Under the pieces are notes generated by a model. That model saw nothing but the letters and a program-made list of their open reading frames with translations, did not search any database and was not told the DNA's origin. A stretch of 64,000 nt of DNA, from contig CAWAPQ010000013.1 in assembly GCA_963783965.1 (NCBI GenBank), forward strand, positions 367,529 to 431,528. Reading direction: 5' to 3'. The translations under genes and the position numbers were made by a program. Shown here piece by piece: positions 34,632 through 44,126 of the stretch; position 1 is the first letter of the stretch, and every line of letters begins with the position of its first letter. This stretch comes from an uncultured Acidimicrobiaceae bacterium (GTDB taxonomy: Bacteria; Actinomycetota; Acidimicrobiia; Acidimicrobiales; RAAP-2).

Positions 34632-35738
34632 TCAACGGATCAGCGCATCCACGTCGTCCAACGCCCCGGGCTCACAGGCGACCACGACGGTGCCCCCGCA
34701 GCCGCCCCCACTGGAGCGGGCGCCGTAGACGCCGGGCCGGGACAACGCCTCCTCGACGATCGCCGTGGCCGCCGGATGGCCGAGCCCCATGGCGTCATAC
34801 CCGTCCTGGCTCGCGGCCATCAGGGGCCCGAGCCGCGCCGGCGACGGCACCTCGCCGGCCAACGCGGCCAGCGCGTCCACCGCACGCACGTGCTCCTCGA
34901 CGCCGAACGACGCCGCCGCACGGACTGGGTACGTCTCGTCCGGTCGTACGACCGTCACGTCGTCGTCGGTCGTGCCCCAGCGATTGAGGAAGGAGGCTCC
35001 ATCCATCGTCGCCGGGAGGCCCTCCACAGCGGCGCGCGGCAGCTCGCTCACCCATGACCAGGTGCGGCCGGCCGCTTCCTCGAGCACGCGCTTGCCCATG
35101 AAGGCCGCCGCCCGTGCCCGCGCGTACGGCGCGCCGTCCACGTTGTGCGAGATTCCCGTCGGCCACCCGACGACCTCGAGCCCGGGCGGCAGGGGGACCG
35201 GGTCCGCCACCGAAGCCGGCCGGCACAGTATCGGCAGCACTGCTCCGGGTGTCCCGAGCGCCACCGCCACCTGATCCATGATGCCGCAAGGCGCGCCGAC
35301 GACATGGTTCTCGGCCTCCTGACACAGCGCGGCGACACGGAGAGGGTCCGCGCCCGCCGCGCCGAGCGCGCGCGCCGTGGCCACCTCGAGCGCCGCGCTT
35401 GATGCCACGCCCACCGATGCCGGGAGATCCGACGTGACGTCGAGCCGCACGCGGGGCGGCGCAATCACACCGTGGCGCAGGAGCACAAGGGCGACCCCGA
35501 CGACGTAGTGCGTCCACCGGGGACACGCGGCCAGCTGCCGGCGGACATCCTCGTAGGCGAGCCCGGCCAGGTCGACGAGCTCGGCCAACGAGAAGCTGAC
35601 CGGGCCCACGACGAAGGCGTCGTCGGGAGTCGCGACCACCTCGGTCCCCTGCCGGGTCGGCATCTCGAGCACGAGCGCCCCCGAGTAGTCCGCCACGCCA
35701 CCGAGAAGGTCGAGACGCCCTGACGCGCTACCCCGCAC
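34632..35738 (-). CDS. GHMP-family anomeric sugar kinase (arabinokinase-like rather than classical GalK)
   Basis: VRGSASGRLDLLGGVADYSGALVLEMPT.. in place of the GalK GEHxDY signature. GHMP motif SDLPASVGVASSAALEVA, C-terminal SSGGGCGG. GTG 35738 overlaps the upstream gene by 11 nt. Confidence 0.8.
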   Translation of the reverse strand: MRGSASGRLDLLGGVADYSGALVLEMPTRQGTEVVATPDDAFVVGPVSFSLAELVDLAGLAYEDVRRQLAACPRWTHYVVGVALVLLRHGVIAPPRVRLDVTSDLPASVGVASSAALEVATARALGAAGADPLRVAALCQEAENHVVGAPCGIMDQVAVALGTPGAVLPILCRPASVADPVPLPPGLEVVGWPTGISHNVDGAPYARARAAAFMGKRVLEEAAGRTWSWVSELPRAAVEGLPATMDGASFLNRWGTTDDDVTVVRPDETYPVRAAASFGVEEHVRAVDALAALAGEVPSPARLGPLMAASQDGYDAMGLGHPAATAIVEEALSRPGVYGARSSGGGCGGTVVVACEPGALDDVDALIR

Positions 35739-36651
35739 CCAGCCCGTCCACCAACTCCGCCAACACCGGACCGATGCGCTCAGCCAACGCCCGGTTCGCG
35801 TAGCCGACCCAGGCCACCGGCGAGACGTTGTCCAGCGGGACCGCAAGCGGACCACCCCAGGGGTCGGTGACCACGCCCCCGACCTCTTCGAGGAGCAAGG
35901 CGGTGCACACGTCGTAGGGATGGCAGGCCAGACCGTCGTTCGTGACCAACGGGCGCAGATCGGCGACGAAACGGTCGCGCCCTGTGATCAGCTCGTGCAG
36001 TTGGCCCCCGGTCGAGAGGTACTCGTCGTCGAAGACGTGCTGCTCGCCGAGCCGCTCGAACAGCTGCGCCTCCAGTCCGGCGAGGGTCGTCTTGCCGGGC
36101 AGGAAGAATTTCGCCAGCCCAGCGAAGCTGTGGGCGAGATCCGTCGCCGTGGACGGCCGCACACCCAGCGCCACGCGGCCGCCGCGAGCGAGGTCGACCC
36201 GTTCGCCGTGCAGGCCCCCGCCGCGGGTGGCGCTCAGCTGATCGGCCGCCCCCTGCTTGACAGTGGGAAGTTCGGTCATGGCCGCCGCGACGACGTCCGC
36301 CAGCGTGCCGCCCGGCGGTGCCACTGCGGCCAGACACCAGGCCGGCCGCTTGTCGTACATCAGACCGCGCGTGCCGTCGATGGTGTCGACGATGACCGTC
36401 CAGGCCGCCTCGCCGCCGACGAGCACGGGGTGGTCGAGTCCCTCCGAGACCACCATGACATCGCGCCAGTACTGCTCGAACCAGCGCAGCAGTGCGTCGT
36501 CGGCGACCCGGTCGATGGCGTAGATCGTGTCGGCCACGCTCTCCCCCGACACCGCTGCCATGTCCATGCCCCGGGACGCCACGACCAGGTCGCGCACGTG
36601 CTCGCCCAGCGCGCAGAGCAGGCGACGGGCTTCTTCAGGCGATGGCGGCAC
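35728..36651 (-). CDS. Inositol-monophosphatase/FBPase-fold family phosphatase-like protein
   Basis: WTVIVDTIDGTRGLMY (DPIDGT-type motif) and HPYDVCTALLLEEVGGVVTD (WD-x-AAG-type motif). GTG 36651 overlaps the GalT-like 3' end by 17 nt. Confidence 0.75.
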   Translation of the reverse strand: MPPSPEEARRLLCALGEHVRDLVVASRGMDMAAVSGESVADTIYAIDRVADDALLRWFEQYWRDVMVVSEGLDHPVLVGGEAAWTVIVDTIDGTRGLMYDKRPAWCLAAVAPPGGTLADVVAAAMTELPTVKQGAADQLSATRGGGLHGERVDLARGGRVALGVRPSTATDLAHSFAGLAKFFLPGKTTLAGLEAQLFERLGEQHVFDDEYLSTGGQLHELITGRDRFVADLRPLVTNDGLACHPYDVCTALLLEEVGGVVTDPWGGPLAVPLDNVSPVAWVGYANRALAERIGPVLAELVDGLGAG

Positions 36652-37618
36652 GAAGCTCCTCGGCCCTCTCGTCGGGATCCGACTCGTTGGTCATGGAGCC
36701 GCCGCCGACCTCGGGCCCGGCCAGGTACTTGCGCAGGCCGGGAGCCCGGAGGGGCGGGTGGAGCTCCAGATGGAAGGGGTAGTGCGGATGGTCGCCCACC
36801 GGGGCCTGGTGCACGGCCAGGACGTAGGGCAGCCGGAAGCCCCAGAGGGCGTCGTAACGCCGCACCACATCGCGCAGGACGAGTGCGAGTGAACGGCACT
36901 GGTCCTCGTCGAGGTCGACAAGTGAGGTCAGGGGACGCCGGGGCAGGATGAGCACCTCGTAGGCGTACTGGGCGAACCAGGGCACGCAGGCGAAGAAGTG
37001 GTCACCCTCGCTGACGATCCGAGGGCCGTCCGCCTCCCGGTCGATCACGTCGGCGAGCAGCGAGCGCCCGGTCCGCTCGTGGTGCGCGCCGGCCACCGCC
37101 GCCTCCCGCGCCATGGTGGCGTAGACCATCGATCCGGCGTAGATCTGGCAGTGCGGGTGGGGATTGGACGTGCCGACCATGGCGCCACGATTCTCGAAGA
37201 TGTACACGTGCGCCACACCGTCGAGTGTCTGGAGCACCTCCGTCCGGCTGCGCCAGGTGGCGACGATGGCCGCCATCTCGTCGTCGGTCAGCTCGGCCAG
37301 GGACCGGTCGGGATCGTGGTGGTAGCAGACGACCTCGGCCGTGCCGAGCGCGCGGCGCGTCCGGTAGACGTCGTCCCCGTGCGCTGGTTCCGGTGCGTCG
37401 GCCGAAAAGACGGGGAGGTCGTTCGTGAACCAGTACACGCCGCGATAGTCGGGGTTGGTCCCGTGGAGGCGCGTGCCGAGGGGCGCCAGGGCGTTGTGGG
37501 CGGGAACAGGCGGCTCCTCCGGCGCGACGATCTCGCCGATCCAGGGGCGGGCCTCCCGGTGGGAGGTGAAGAGGATCCACTCGCCGCGAAACGGGTGCCA
37601 GCGCAACTCCCAGGTCAT
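36635..37618 (-). CDS. galT: Galactose-1-phosphate uridylyltransferase-like (HIT superfamily, GalT class I)
   Basis: ELRWHPFRGEWILFTSHREARPW..NPDYRGVYWFTNDLPVF..IFENRGAMVGTSNPHPHCQIY (HPHxQ active site). GGAG lies 7 nt upstream of ATG 37618. Confidence 0.85.
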   Translation of the reverse strand: MTWELRWHPFRGEWILFTSHREARPWIGEIVAPEEPPVPAHNALAPLGTRLHGTNPDYRGVYWFTNDLPVFSADAPEPAHGDDVYRTRRALGTAEVVCYHHDPDRSLAELTDDEMAAIVATWRSRTEVLQTLDGVAHVYIFENRGAMVGTSNPHPHCQIYAGSMVYATMAREAAVAGAHHERTGRSLLADVIDREADGPRIVSEGDHFFACVPWFAQYAYEVLILPRRPLTSLVDLDEDQCRSLALVLRDVVRRYDALWGFRLPYVLAVHQAPVGDHPHYPFHLELHPPLRAPGLRKYLAGPEVGGGSMTNESDPDERAEELRAAIA

Positions 37619-37636
37619 GGCCGACTCCGGACCCGT

Positions 37637-40093
37637 TCAGCCCCGGGCATCGATCTCGACCCGTTGTGATGGGCAGCCCTCCGTGGTGGCGCTGAGGGTG
37701 ATCCGCCCCTCGCCGGCGGGGCGGACGATGGCGAGGGCGCGGCCACCGAACGTCGTGCACCCCGTCCCGGTGAAACTCTCCTCGGACGCCGGGTTCGCAC
37801 TGCCCAGTCCCTGCAGGACGCCGGGGCCGTCGACCTGCACCTCTATCCACCGGTCGCGCGCCACGTGGAGCACTCCGTGGTCGTCAACGAGGCAGAGGGT
37901 CACGTAGGCCAGGTCCTCGGGATCGGCCGCAATGACGGCGCGATCGGCGGTCGCGTCGAGCCGCACCTCCCCGGTGGCGGAGGCGAGCGCGGTGCGGCCG
38001 ATCTCTGTCCCGTCTCGCCAGGCCACGGCCTCCAACCGGCCCGTTTCGTATGTCGTCTCGAATGTCGACCGGTAGCGCTGCGACGCCCCGCTCGCCTGTC
38101 GGCCGACCGGGCGGCCGTTCAGCAGCAACTCGACCTCGTCGGCGTCGGCGTAGACCTCCACGGTCACCGGCGCGCCCTCGTGCCCGACCCAGCTCCAGCT
38201 CGACACGACGTCGCTCCAGGACCACGGCGTGCCCGACGCCGCCTCACCGTGGTGCACCGGCGACCGCACGGCCAGGTAGGGGTCAGACCGCAACCCGAAC
38301 ACGATCTCGCGGTAATACGACTGGGGACGGCGGTAGCCGGTGATGTCGATGTCCCCGCACCAGGCGGTCCGGTACGGGTACTCGCCGTGGAACGACTGCA
38401 TGCCCTGCGCCGGATCGGGCGTGCCGTAGACCGTGCGCCCGATCCCGGCCTCACCGAGGTAGTCCCAGCCGGTCCAGGTGAAGTCGCCGATGACGTGGGG
38501 GTACCTGCGCACCGCGGCCCAACCTCTGTCGATGGCCGGGGGATGGGTCTCGCTGCCGACGATCACCCGGTTCGGGTAGAGGTCCCCGTCGGTGGCGAAC
38601 CGGGTCTCCATGTAGTTGTAGCCGACCACATCGAGGTACGAAGCAGTCTGGGCCGAGTTCCTCGCCACGACGGGCGCACGCATGAGGTCGTTGAGCCGGT
38701 CGGCGATCTGGGTCATCGCCGTGTTCACGCCCGTCCCGGCATCCGGCTCCTCGGTTGCGTTGTCGCGTCCCTCGGCGAGCCGGGCGAAGAGCTCGGACCC
38801 GCCGACCAGCAGCCCGCTGATGGCCTCGGTCACGAAGCGCGAGGCGTCGAGCGAGCGGATCTTCTCGGCCAGCGCACGTCCGACACGGGCACCCATCGGT
38901 GTCCCCGCCTCTGGGATCTCGTTGCCGATGCTGTAGAGGATGACGCTCGGGTGGTTGATGTCCTTGCGGACCATGGCCTCCACGTCCGCCTCCCACCAGT
39001 CGGGGAATCGCAGCGCGTAGTCGTGCTCGCTCTTTGGTTGTGTCCACATGTCGAAGGTCTCGTCCATGACGAGCACGCCGAGCCGGTCGCAGGCACGGAG
39101 CATGGGTTTGCTGAGGGGATTGTGGGCGCTCCGGATGGCGTTGAACCCGGCTTCCTTGAGCAACTCGACACGGCGCTCCTCTGCACGCCCGACGGTGGCC
39201 GCACCGAGCGGGCCGTTGTCGTGATGGACGCACGCCCCGCGGAGGAGCACCGTCTCGCCATTGATGCGGAGGCCTCGCTCCGGGTCCACGTTCAGCGACC
39301 GAATCCCGAACGTCGTCGATTCCTCGTCGAGGACGTGATCGCCGTCCAGCAAGGACGCCCGACAGACGTAGAGGTACGGATGTTCTGGACCCCACCGGTG
39401 CGGACGTCGCACACGCAACCGCTGCCGCGCGGTGAGGACGTCGCCTGGCACGGTCGTGATCGGCGCCTCGGCTTCGGCCACCACGTTGCCCTCTGCGTCG
39501 ACGATCTCGAATCGCAGGTCGGCGTTCGACATCCCGGTCGACTGGTTCCGCACCTCTGCGCTCACGGCCACCGACGCCAGGTCGTCGTCGATCTCGGGCG
39601 TGAGCAGCTGCAGACCGCCCGGCACCAGGTGGACCCGTCCGCCCTGGAGCAGCCAGACGCTGCGGTAGAGGCCGCCCCCCGAGTACCAGCGGCTGTCGTC
39701 GTGGGCGCAGGCCTCGACCTTGACCTCATTGGGCTGGCCGGAGCGCAGCAGGTGGTCGATCTGCACGGTGAAGTCCGAGTAGCCCCCCGGTCGGTGGGCG
39801 ACCAAGGCGTCGTTGACCCGGACCCGTGCGTCGCGGTAGACGCCCTCGAATTCCAGGACGACGGCGCTCCCGGGCTCGTCGGTCGACAGCTCGAACGACT
39901 TCTTGTACTCCCAGTTCCCGCTCGGGAAGTAGGCCGTCGCCGCGTGCCCGGACGGCGAGCGTTCGGTGCCGAGCATGGCGTCGTGGGGCAGGGTCACCTG
40001 TGCCGGCGCCGAGCCCGCTCCGGCGATCAGCTCGGCAAAGGAGTTCGCCTTGGCTCCGACCGTCCAGCCGTCATTGAATGGGGTACGACGCAT
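37637..40093 (-). CDS. GH2 glycoside hydrolase (beta-galactosidase-like, with C-terminal DUF4982-type domains)
   Basis: 818 aa. FNDGWTV, GGLYRSVWL, NAIRSAHNP, ILYSIGNEIPE (acid/base region). Confidence 0.9.
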   Translation of the reverse strand: MRRTPFNDGWTVGAKANSFAELIAGAGSAPAQVTLPHDAMLGTERSPSGHAATAYFPSGNWEYKKSFELSTDEPGSAVVLEFEGVYRDARVRVNDALVAHRPGGYSDFTVQIDHLLRSGQPNEVKVEACAHDDSRWYSGGGLYRSVWLLQGGRVHLVPGGLQLLTPEIDDDLASVAVSAEVRNQSTGMSNADLRFEIVDAEGNVVAEAEAPITTVPGDVLTARQRLRVRRPHRWGPEHPYLYVCRASLLDGDHVLDEESTTFGIRSLNVDPERGLRINGETVLLRGACVHHDNGPLGAATVGRAEERRVELLKEAGFNAIRSAHNPLSKPMLRACDRLGVLVMDETFDMWTQPKSEHDYALRFPDWWEADVEAMVRKDINHPSVILYSIGNEIPEAGTPMGARVGRALAEKIRSLDASRFVTEAISGLLVGGSELFARLAEGRDNATEEPDAGTGVNTAMTQIADRLNDLMRAPVVARNSAQTASYLDVVGYNYMETRFATDGDLYPNRVIVGSETHPPAIDRGWAAVRRYPHVIGDFTWTGWDYLGEAGIGRTVYGTPDPAQGMQSFHGEYPYRTAWCGDIDITGYRRPQSYYREIVFGLRSDPYLAVRSPVHHGEAASGTPWSWSDVVSSWSWVGHEGAPVTVEVYADADEVELLLNGRPVGRQASGASQRYRSTFETTYETGRLEAVAWRDGTEIGRTALASATGEVRLDATADRAVIAADPEDLAYVTLCLVDDHGVLHVARDRWIEVQVDGPGVLQGLGSANPASEESFTGTGCTTFGGRALAIVRPAGEGRITLSATTEGCPSQRVEIDARG

Positions 40094-40119
40094 GGACCGG
40101 CATCCTACGCCACCAGGGA

Positions 40120-40133
40120 TGTTATCGCTATCA
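40120..40133. promoter_or_regulatory. LacI-type operator candidate TGTTATCGCTATCA, 27 nt upstream of the GH2 start
   Basis: 12/14 identical, in the same orientation, to the site at 29478..29491. AT-rich spot in the GH2/esterase divergent region. Confidence 0.45.
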
Positions 40134-40260
40134 TGCGCCGACCGACCCGGGGCGCCGAGCCTGCCCGCGCAGGCCGCCGGAGTCGGGGCGCAGTGTTACC
40201 TTGACCGCAACAGCGACCCCGCCCGCACCGGGCGGCGGCGCTGCGGGACAGGAGGTGCGC

Positions 40261-40980
40261 ATGGCGACCTATGTGCTCGTGCACGGCGGCGGCCACGGGG
40301 GCTGGTGCTATCAGCGGGTCGCCCGACTCCTGCAGGCAAAGGGCCACGTGGTCTACGCGCCCACCATGACGGGATTGGGCGAACGGGCGCACCTGCTGAA
40401 CGCCGAGGTCGACCTGGACCGACACATCGAGGACATGGCCGCCGTGTTGCAGTTCGAGGACCTGCGCGACGTCATTCTGGTTGGACACAGCTACGGCGGG
40501 ATGGTCATCACGGGCACAGCCGACCGCGTGCCGGACCGGATCGGCCGTCTGGTGTTCCTCGACGCCGCCAACCCCGTCAACGGCCAGTCACTTGTCGACG
40601 TGGCGGGTCCCGTCATCGGCGCCGTCCGCCCATTCGGCGAGACCGTCGATGGGATGGAGCTCGTGCTGCTCCCGGCGCCCGATGCCGGTCTGCTCTACGG
40701 CGTCACCGACCCGGCAGACCTGGCCTGGATGGCCGAGCGCCTGACGGCGCACCCCTGGAAGTGCTTCGAACAATCGTTGGATCTGACCAACGAGGCCGCT
40801 CTCTGGGCCATTCCCCAGTTCCACATCGTGTGCACGTCGACGCTGGCGACCAGGGACCCTGGCCTCATTGCGACCGCCCGAGCCGAGGGCCGGCTCTGGG
40901 ACATCGACACCGGCCATGACCTCATGATCACCGAACCGGAGAAGGTCGCGGACGCATTACTGCAGGTCGCAGTGGCCTGA
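40261..40980 (+). CDS. Alpha/beta-hydrolase (SABP2/methylesterase-like)
   Basis: MATYVLVHGGGHGGWCYQRV..VILVGHSYGGMV (GxSxG nucleophile elbow)..TGHDLMITEP. Confidence 0.8.
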   Translation: MATYVLVHGGGHGGWCYQRVARLLQAKGHVVYAPTMTGLGERAHLLNAEVDLDRHIEDMAAVLQFEDLRDVILVGHSYGGMVITGTADRVPDRIGRLVFLDAANPVNGQSLVDVAGPVIGAVRPFGETVDGMELVLLPAPDAGLLYGVTDPADLAWMAERLTAHPWKCFEQSLDLTNEAALWAIPQFHIVCTSTLATRDPGLIATARAEGRLWDIDTGHDLMITEPEKVADALLQVAVA

Positions 40981-41064
40981 CTGTCATCACACGCTCCGGG
41001 CGTGTATGCCTAGGGATCCGATTTTGGGATCGGACGGCACTTTTGGGGAGGGATGGTCTGCACC

Positions 41065-42321
41065 ATGGGGAAATTGTCTGGTAGGTACAGGGGCCGGTTG
41101 GGGCTGGCGGCTCTCGCGTGCACCGCGGGCGTCGGGGTCACGAGCCTGGCTGGCGGAGTTGCGAGCGCAGGGGCTTCGGGGTCGCCCATCACAATCGTGA
41201 TGATCACCTCGCTGACAGGTGAAGGGTCGTCGGAATTCAGCCAGGCACCGGCAGGCTTCAATGCCCGCATTGCGCTCCAGAACGCCCAAGGCGGGATCGA
41301 CGGTCACAAAATCAACGGCGTCGTGCTCGACGACCAGACCAGCCCGACGCAGATCGTGACGGCCGCGCAGGACGCCCTCTCGAAGAACCCGGCGGGCATC
41401 GTGTCGATCAGCCCGCTCTACTTCCTGGGCGACAAATACGCACAGCAGGCAGGCGTGCCCGTCACGGGCGGCTTCTTCGACGGTCCGGAGTGGGGCGAGC
41501 AGCCCTTCACCAACATGTTCGCCTCGGACGTGGGGAGCCTCAGCGACAAGTACCCGGTCAACACCGGCATCGGCGCCTTCATGAAGGCGCACGGCGGCAC
41601 GGTCGTCTGTTCGTACGGCTACGGGATCTCACCTTCGTCGAGCCGGTCCGCCATCGGCACGAACCTGTCGTTCGTGCACGCCGGCGGCAAGTCGGGCGTG
41701 CTCGACACCTCTATTCCCTTCGGCTCCGTGGCCATGACGACGCCGGCGCTCGCAGCAAAGCAGAAGGGGTGCGATGCGTACTACGCCGGGCTCGACGACA
41801 ACTCGAATGACGCTCTGGCGACTGCACTGCAGCAGGAAGGCGTCAAGCCGAAGGTCATGGTCTTCCCGACGGGCTACGAGCCCAGCGTGATCGGGACCCC
41901 GGCGTGGAAGGCCGTCCAGGGCGGCTACTTCGAGACCGAGTTCCGGCCGTTCTCACTGCCGAACGCCGGCACGCAGCAGATGCAGTCAGCTCTCGAGAAG
42001 TACGCGCACTTCAGCAAGACCGAGTTCCCGTCCTTCGCCCAGTACGAGTCGTGGCTCGGCGCCGACCTCATGATCAAGGGGCTGCAAATGGCCGGGCCGA
42101 CCGCGTCCCACGCCACCGTGATCAAGGACCTGCGCAGCATTAAGAGCTACAACGGCAATGGGTTGCTCCCGGAGTCCATCAACTACTCCACCGACTTCGG
42201 GAAGGACCTGCCGAAGTCGTGTGGGTGGTACATGAAGGCAGAGAAGAGCGGCTTCGTGGCCGTCTCGAGCCAACCGTATTGCGGGACGGACATTCCGGGC
42301 ACGACCACAGTGCAGGGGTAA
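41065..42321 (+). CDS. Liv-type ABC substrate-binding protein, orphan copy
   Basis: Signal-like GRLGLAALACTAGVGVTSLAGGVASA. By eye about 60% identical to the binding protein at 55888..57168. No adjacent permease or ATPase. ATG 41053 is an alternative start. Confidence 0.85.
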   Translation: MGKLSGRYRGRLGLAALACTAGVGVTSLAGGVASAGASGSPITIVMITSLTGEGSSEFSQAPAGFNARIALQNAQGGIDGHKINGVVLDDQTSPTQIVTAAQDALSKNPAGIVSISPLYFLGDKYAQQAGVPVTGGFFDGPEWGEQPFTNMFASDVGSLSDKYPVNTGIGAFMKAHGGTVVCSYGYGISPSSSRSAIGTNLSFVHAGGKSGVLDTSIPFGSVAMTTPALAAKQKGCDAYYAGLDDNSNDALATALQQEGVKPKVMVFPTGYEPSVIGTPAWKAVQGGYFETEFRPFSLPNAGTQQMQSALEKYAHFSKTEFPSFAQYESWLGADLMIKGLQMAGPTASHATVIKDLRSIKSYNGNGLLPESINYSTDFGKDLPKSCGWYMKAEKSGFVAVSSQPYCGTDIPGTTTVQG

Positions 42322-42358
42322 CGGATCGCGACTGAGCCGGTCCTGGGACGGGCCTGGC

Positions 42359-42556
42359 TCAGTCCACGATGGAGATGGCGTTCTTGGGACACGTCCGCAC
42401 GGCGGCCTCGACCTTCTCGCGCAGATCCTCGGGAGGATTCTCGTCGAGGACGTAGAGGAGGTCGTCGTCCCGGACCTCGAACACCTCGGGCGCCAGACCC
42501 ATGCAGAGGGCGTTGCTCTCGCACAGATCGAAATCAACCACAACACGCATCGGCAT
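42359..42556 (-). CDS. Small ferredoxin (Cx5C..CP type), stand-alone
   Basis: MPMRVVVDFDLCESNALCMGLAPEVFEV..RTCPKNAISIVD. Confidence 0.8.
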   Translation of the reverse strand: MPMRVVVDFDLCESNALCMGLAPEVFEVRDDDLLYVLDENPPEDLREKVEAAVRTCPKNAISIVD

Positions 42557-42676
42557 TACCTCCAACTCCAAAGAAGTCGTTGATCACAAGGGGGAGGCTA
42601 CGCGAAGGAGGAGTGACCTCGGTTCATCGCGGCCCTGGGGAGATCTCGGGAGGGAGCGGCGGCCGCGGGCGGCAGC

Positions 42677-43537
42677 TCAGCCATCCACGACAAACGGGTA
42701 GATGCGGGTGAAGTCCGCGCCCGGCTCCGCCGCGGCGAACCGCCGCCACACCGATTCGGTGACTCTCCCCAGGGTCGCCGGCGCGCCCTCGGCCTCGACG
42801 GCACCGAGATACAGCTTGAGGTCCTTGGCCATCAGCGCGTTGGCGAACCCTGCGGCGTAGACGCCGGTCAGCACGTGGTTCGGGAACTTGTCCCGCGTCG
42901 CGGCGCTCTGTCCGCTGGAGGTGTCAATGACCTCGAGCATCGTCTCCATGTCGAGGCCGACAGAGAGCCCGAACGCGATCGCCTCACTGGTGGCGGCCAA
43001 TGCCGTCGCAGAGAGGAAATTATCGGCCAATTTCAGCGCCTGGGCCATGCCGGGCCGATCGCCAACCCGACGCCGCCGGTCGCTCAGCCCCGTCAGGACC
43101 GGCTCGACCGCCGTGCAGGCCTCGTCCCGACCCGCGTACATCACGGACAGCGTGCGCGCTCGGGCCCCCGCCACGCCGCCGGACACGGGCGCGTCGACCA
43201 GGCCGATGTCCACCGATGAGAGAAGCTCGTCCGTCGTCTGGGCCGCCGCCACCCCGACCGTCGAGGTGTCGACGACATGGCCGACGCGCCGGCGCGGAGC
43301 GGCGGCGATGGCCTGCGCAACCGCCCCGGACGCATTGCCGTCCGGAAGGCTCAGCACGACGACGTCGGCGAGCCCAGCCAGTTGACCGACATCGGCGACG
43401 AACGCAGCGCCGTCGGGGTTCCGCTCTGACCCCGTGATGTCGTGGCACACGACTTCGTGTCCCGCAGCCAGGAGGTTCGCAGCGAGAACGCTGCCCATGT
43501 TGCCCAGGCCGACGAACCCGACCGTCGTCACCGTCAC
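42677..43537 (-). CDS. NAD(P)-dependent 3-hydroxyisobutyrate-dehydrogenase-family oxidoreductase
   Basis: VGFVGLGNMGSVLAANLLAAGHEVVCHD Rossmann N-terminus. GTG 43537 overlaps the CMD stop (GTGA). Confidence 0.85.
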   Translation of the reverse strand: MTVTTVGFVGLGNMGSVLAANLLAAGHEVVCHDITGSERNPDGAAFVADVGQLAGLADVVVLSLPDGNASGAVAQAIAAAPRRRVGHVVDTSTVGVAAAQTTDELLSSVDIGLVDAPVSGGVAGARARTLSVMYAGRDEACTAVEPVLTGLSDRRRRVGDRPGMAQALKLADNFLSATALAATSEAIAFGLSVGLDMETMLEVIDTSSGQSAATRDKFPNHVLTGVYAAGFANALMAKDLKLYLGAVEAEGAPATLGRVTESVWRRFAAAEPGADFTRIYPFVVDG

Positions 43538-43932
43538 GCCTCCGGGTGCTGTGCTGCGTGTTCCTCCGCGCGCTCGGCCAGGAGTGCCCTCCGCGCCGAG
43601 ACCCCCGCCGGCGCGCCGCAGTAGGCGGCGATCTGGAAGAGAAGCTCGTCGAGCTCCTCGTCAGTGACTCCGGTCCGCGACCGAGCACTGACGTGCAATC
43701 GGAATTCGTCCATGCGGCCGAGCGCTGCGGTCATCGCCAGCACCACCAGGCTGCGGTCACGCGTGCTCAGTGCGTCACTGCGGGTCCATACCCCCCAGGC
43801 CATCGACGTGAGGTAGTCGGAGAACTCCCGCATGACCGGGTTGGGGTCGGACGTCTGCGCGTCGACGTAGTCGGCACCCAGCATGGCCCGGCGCATCGCC
43901 TGGGACCTTTCGAACTTCTCGTCCTCCGACAC
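43534..43932 (-). CDS. Carboxymuconolactone-decarboxylase (CMD/AhpD-like) family protein
   Basis: 132 aa. ..FSDYLTSMAWGVWTRSDALSTRDRSLVVLAMTAALGR..EL..H.. CMD-family pattern. Confidence 0.85.
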   Translation of the reverse strand: MSEDEKFERSQAMRRAMLGADYVDAQTSDPNPVMREFSDYLTSMAWGVWTRSDALSTRDRSLVVLAMTAALGRMDEFRLHVSARSRTGVTDEELDELLFQIAAYCGAPAGVSARRALLAERAEEHAAQHPEA

Positions 43933-44126
43933 TGTGCCCTCCTCTTGTCCCGGGGGTCGGCAGTAGCCCTGCCACCGGCACGTTTCTCCTGCTCATCGAC
44001 GGAGAACCTCAATGTACAGGACTGAGAATGAGCGTGCATCCCCGCCGAGCGCGCGCATGCGGCGCAGCCTGGTGGAACGAAGAGGTGACACCACAGGTGC
44101 GCAGGACCGACCTGCTCCGCCGCTGA

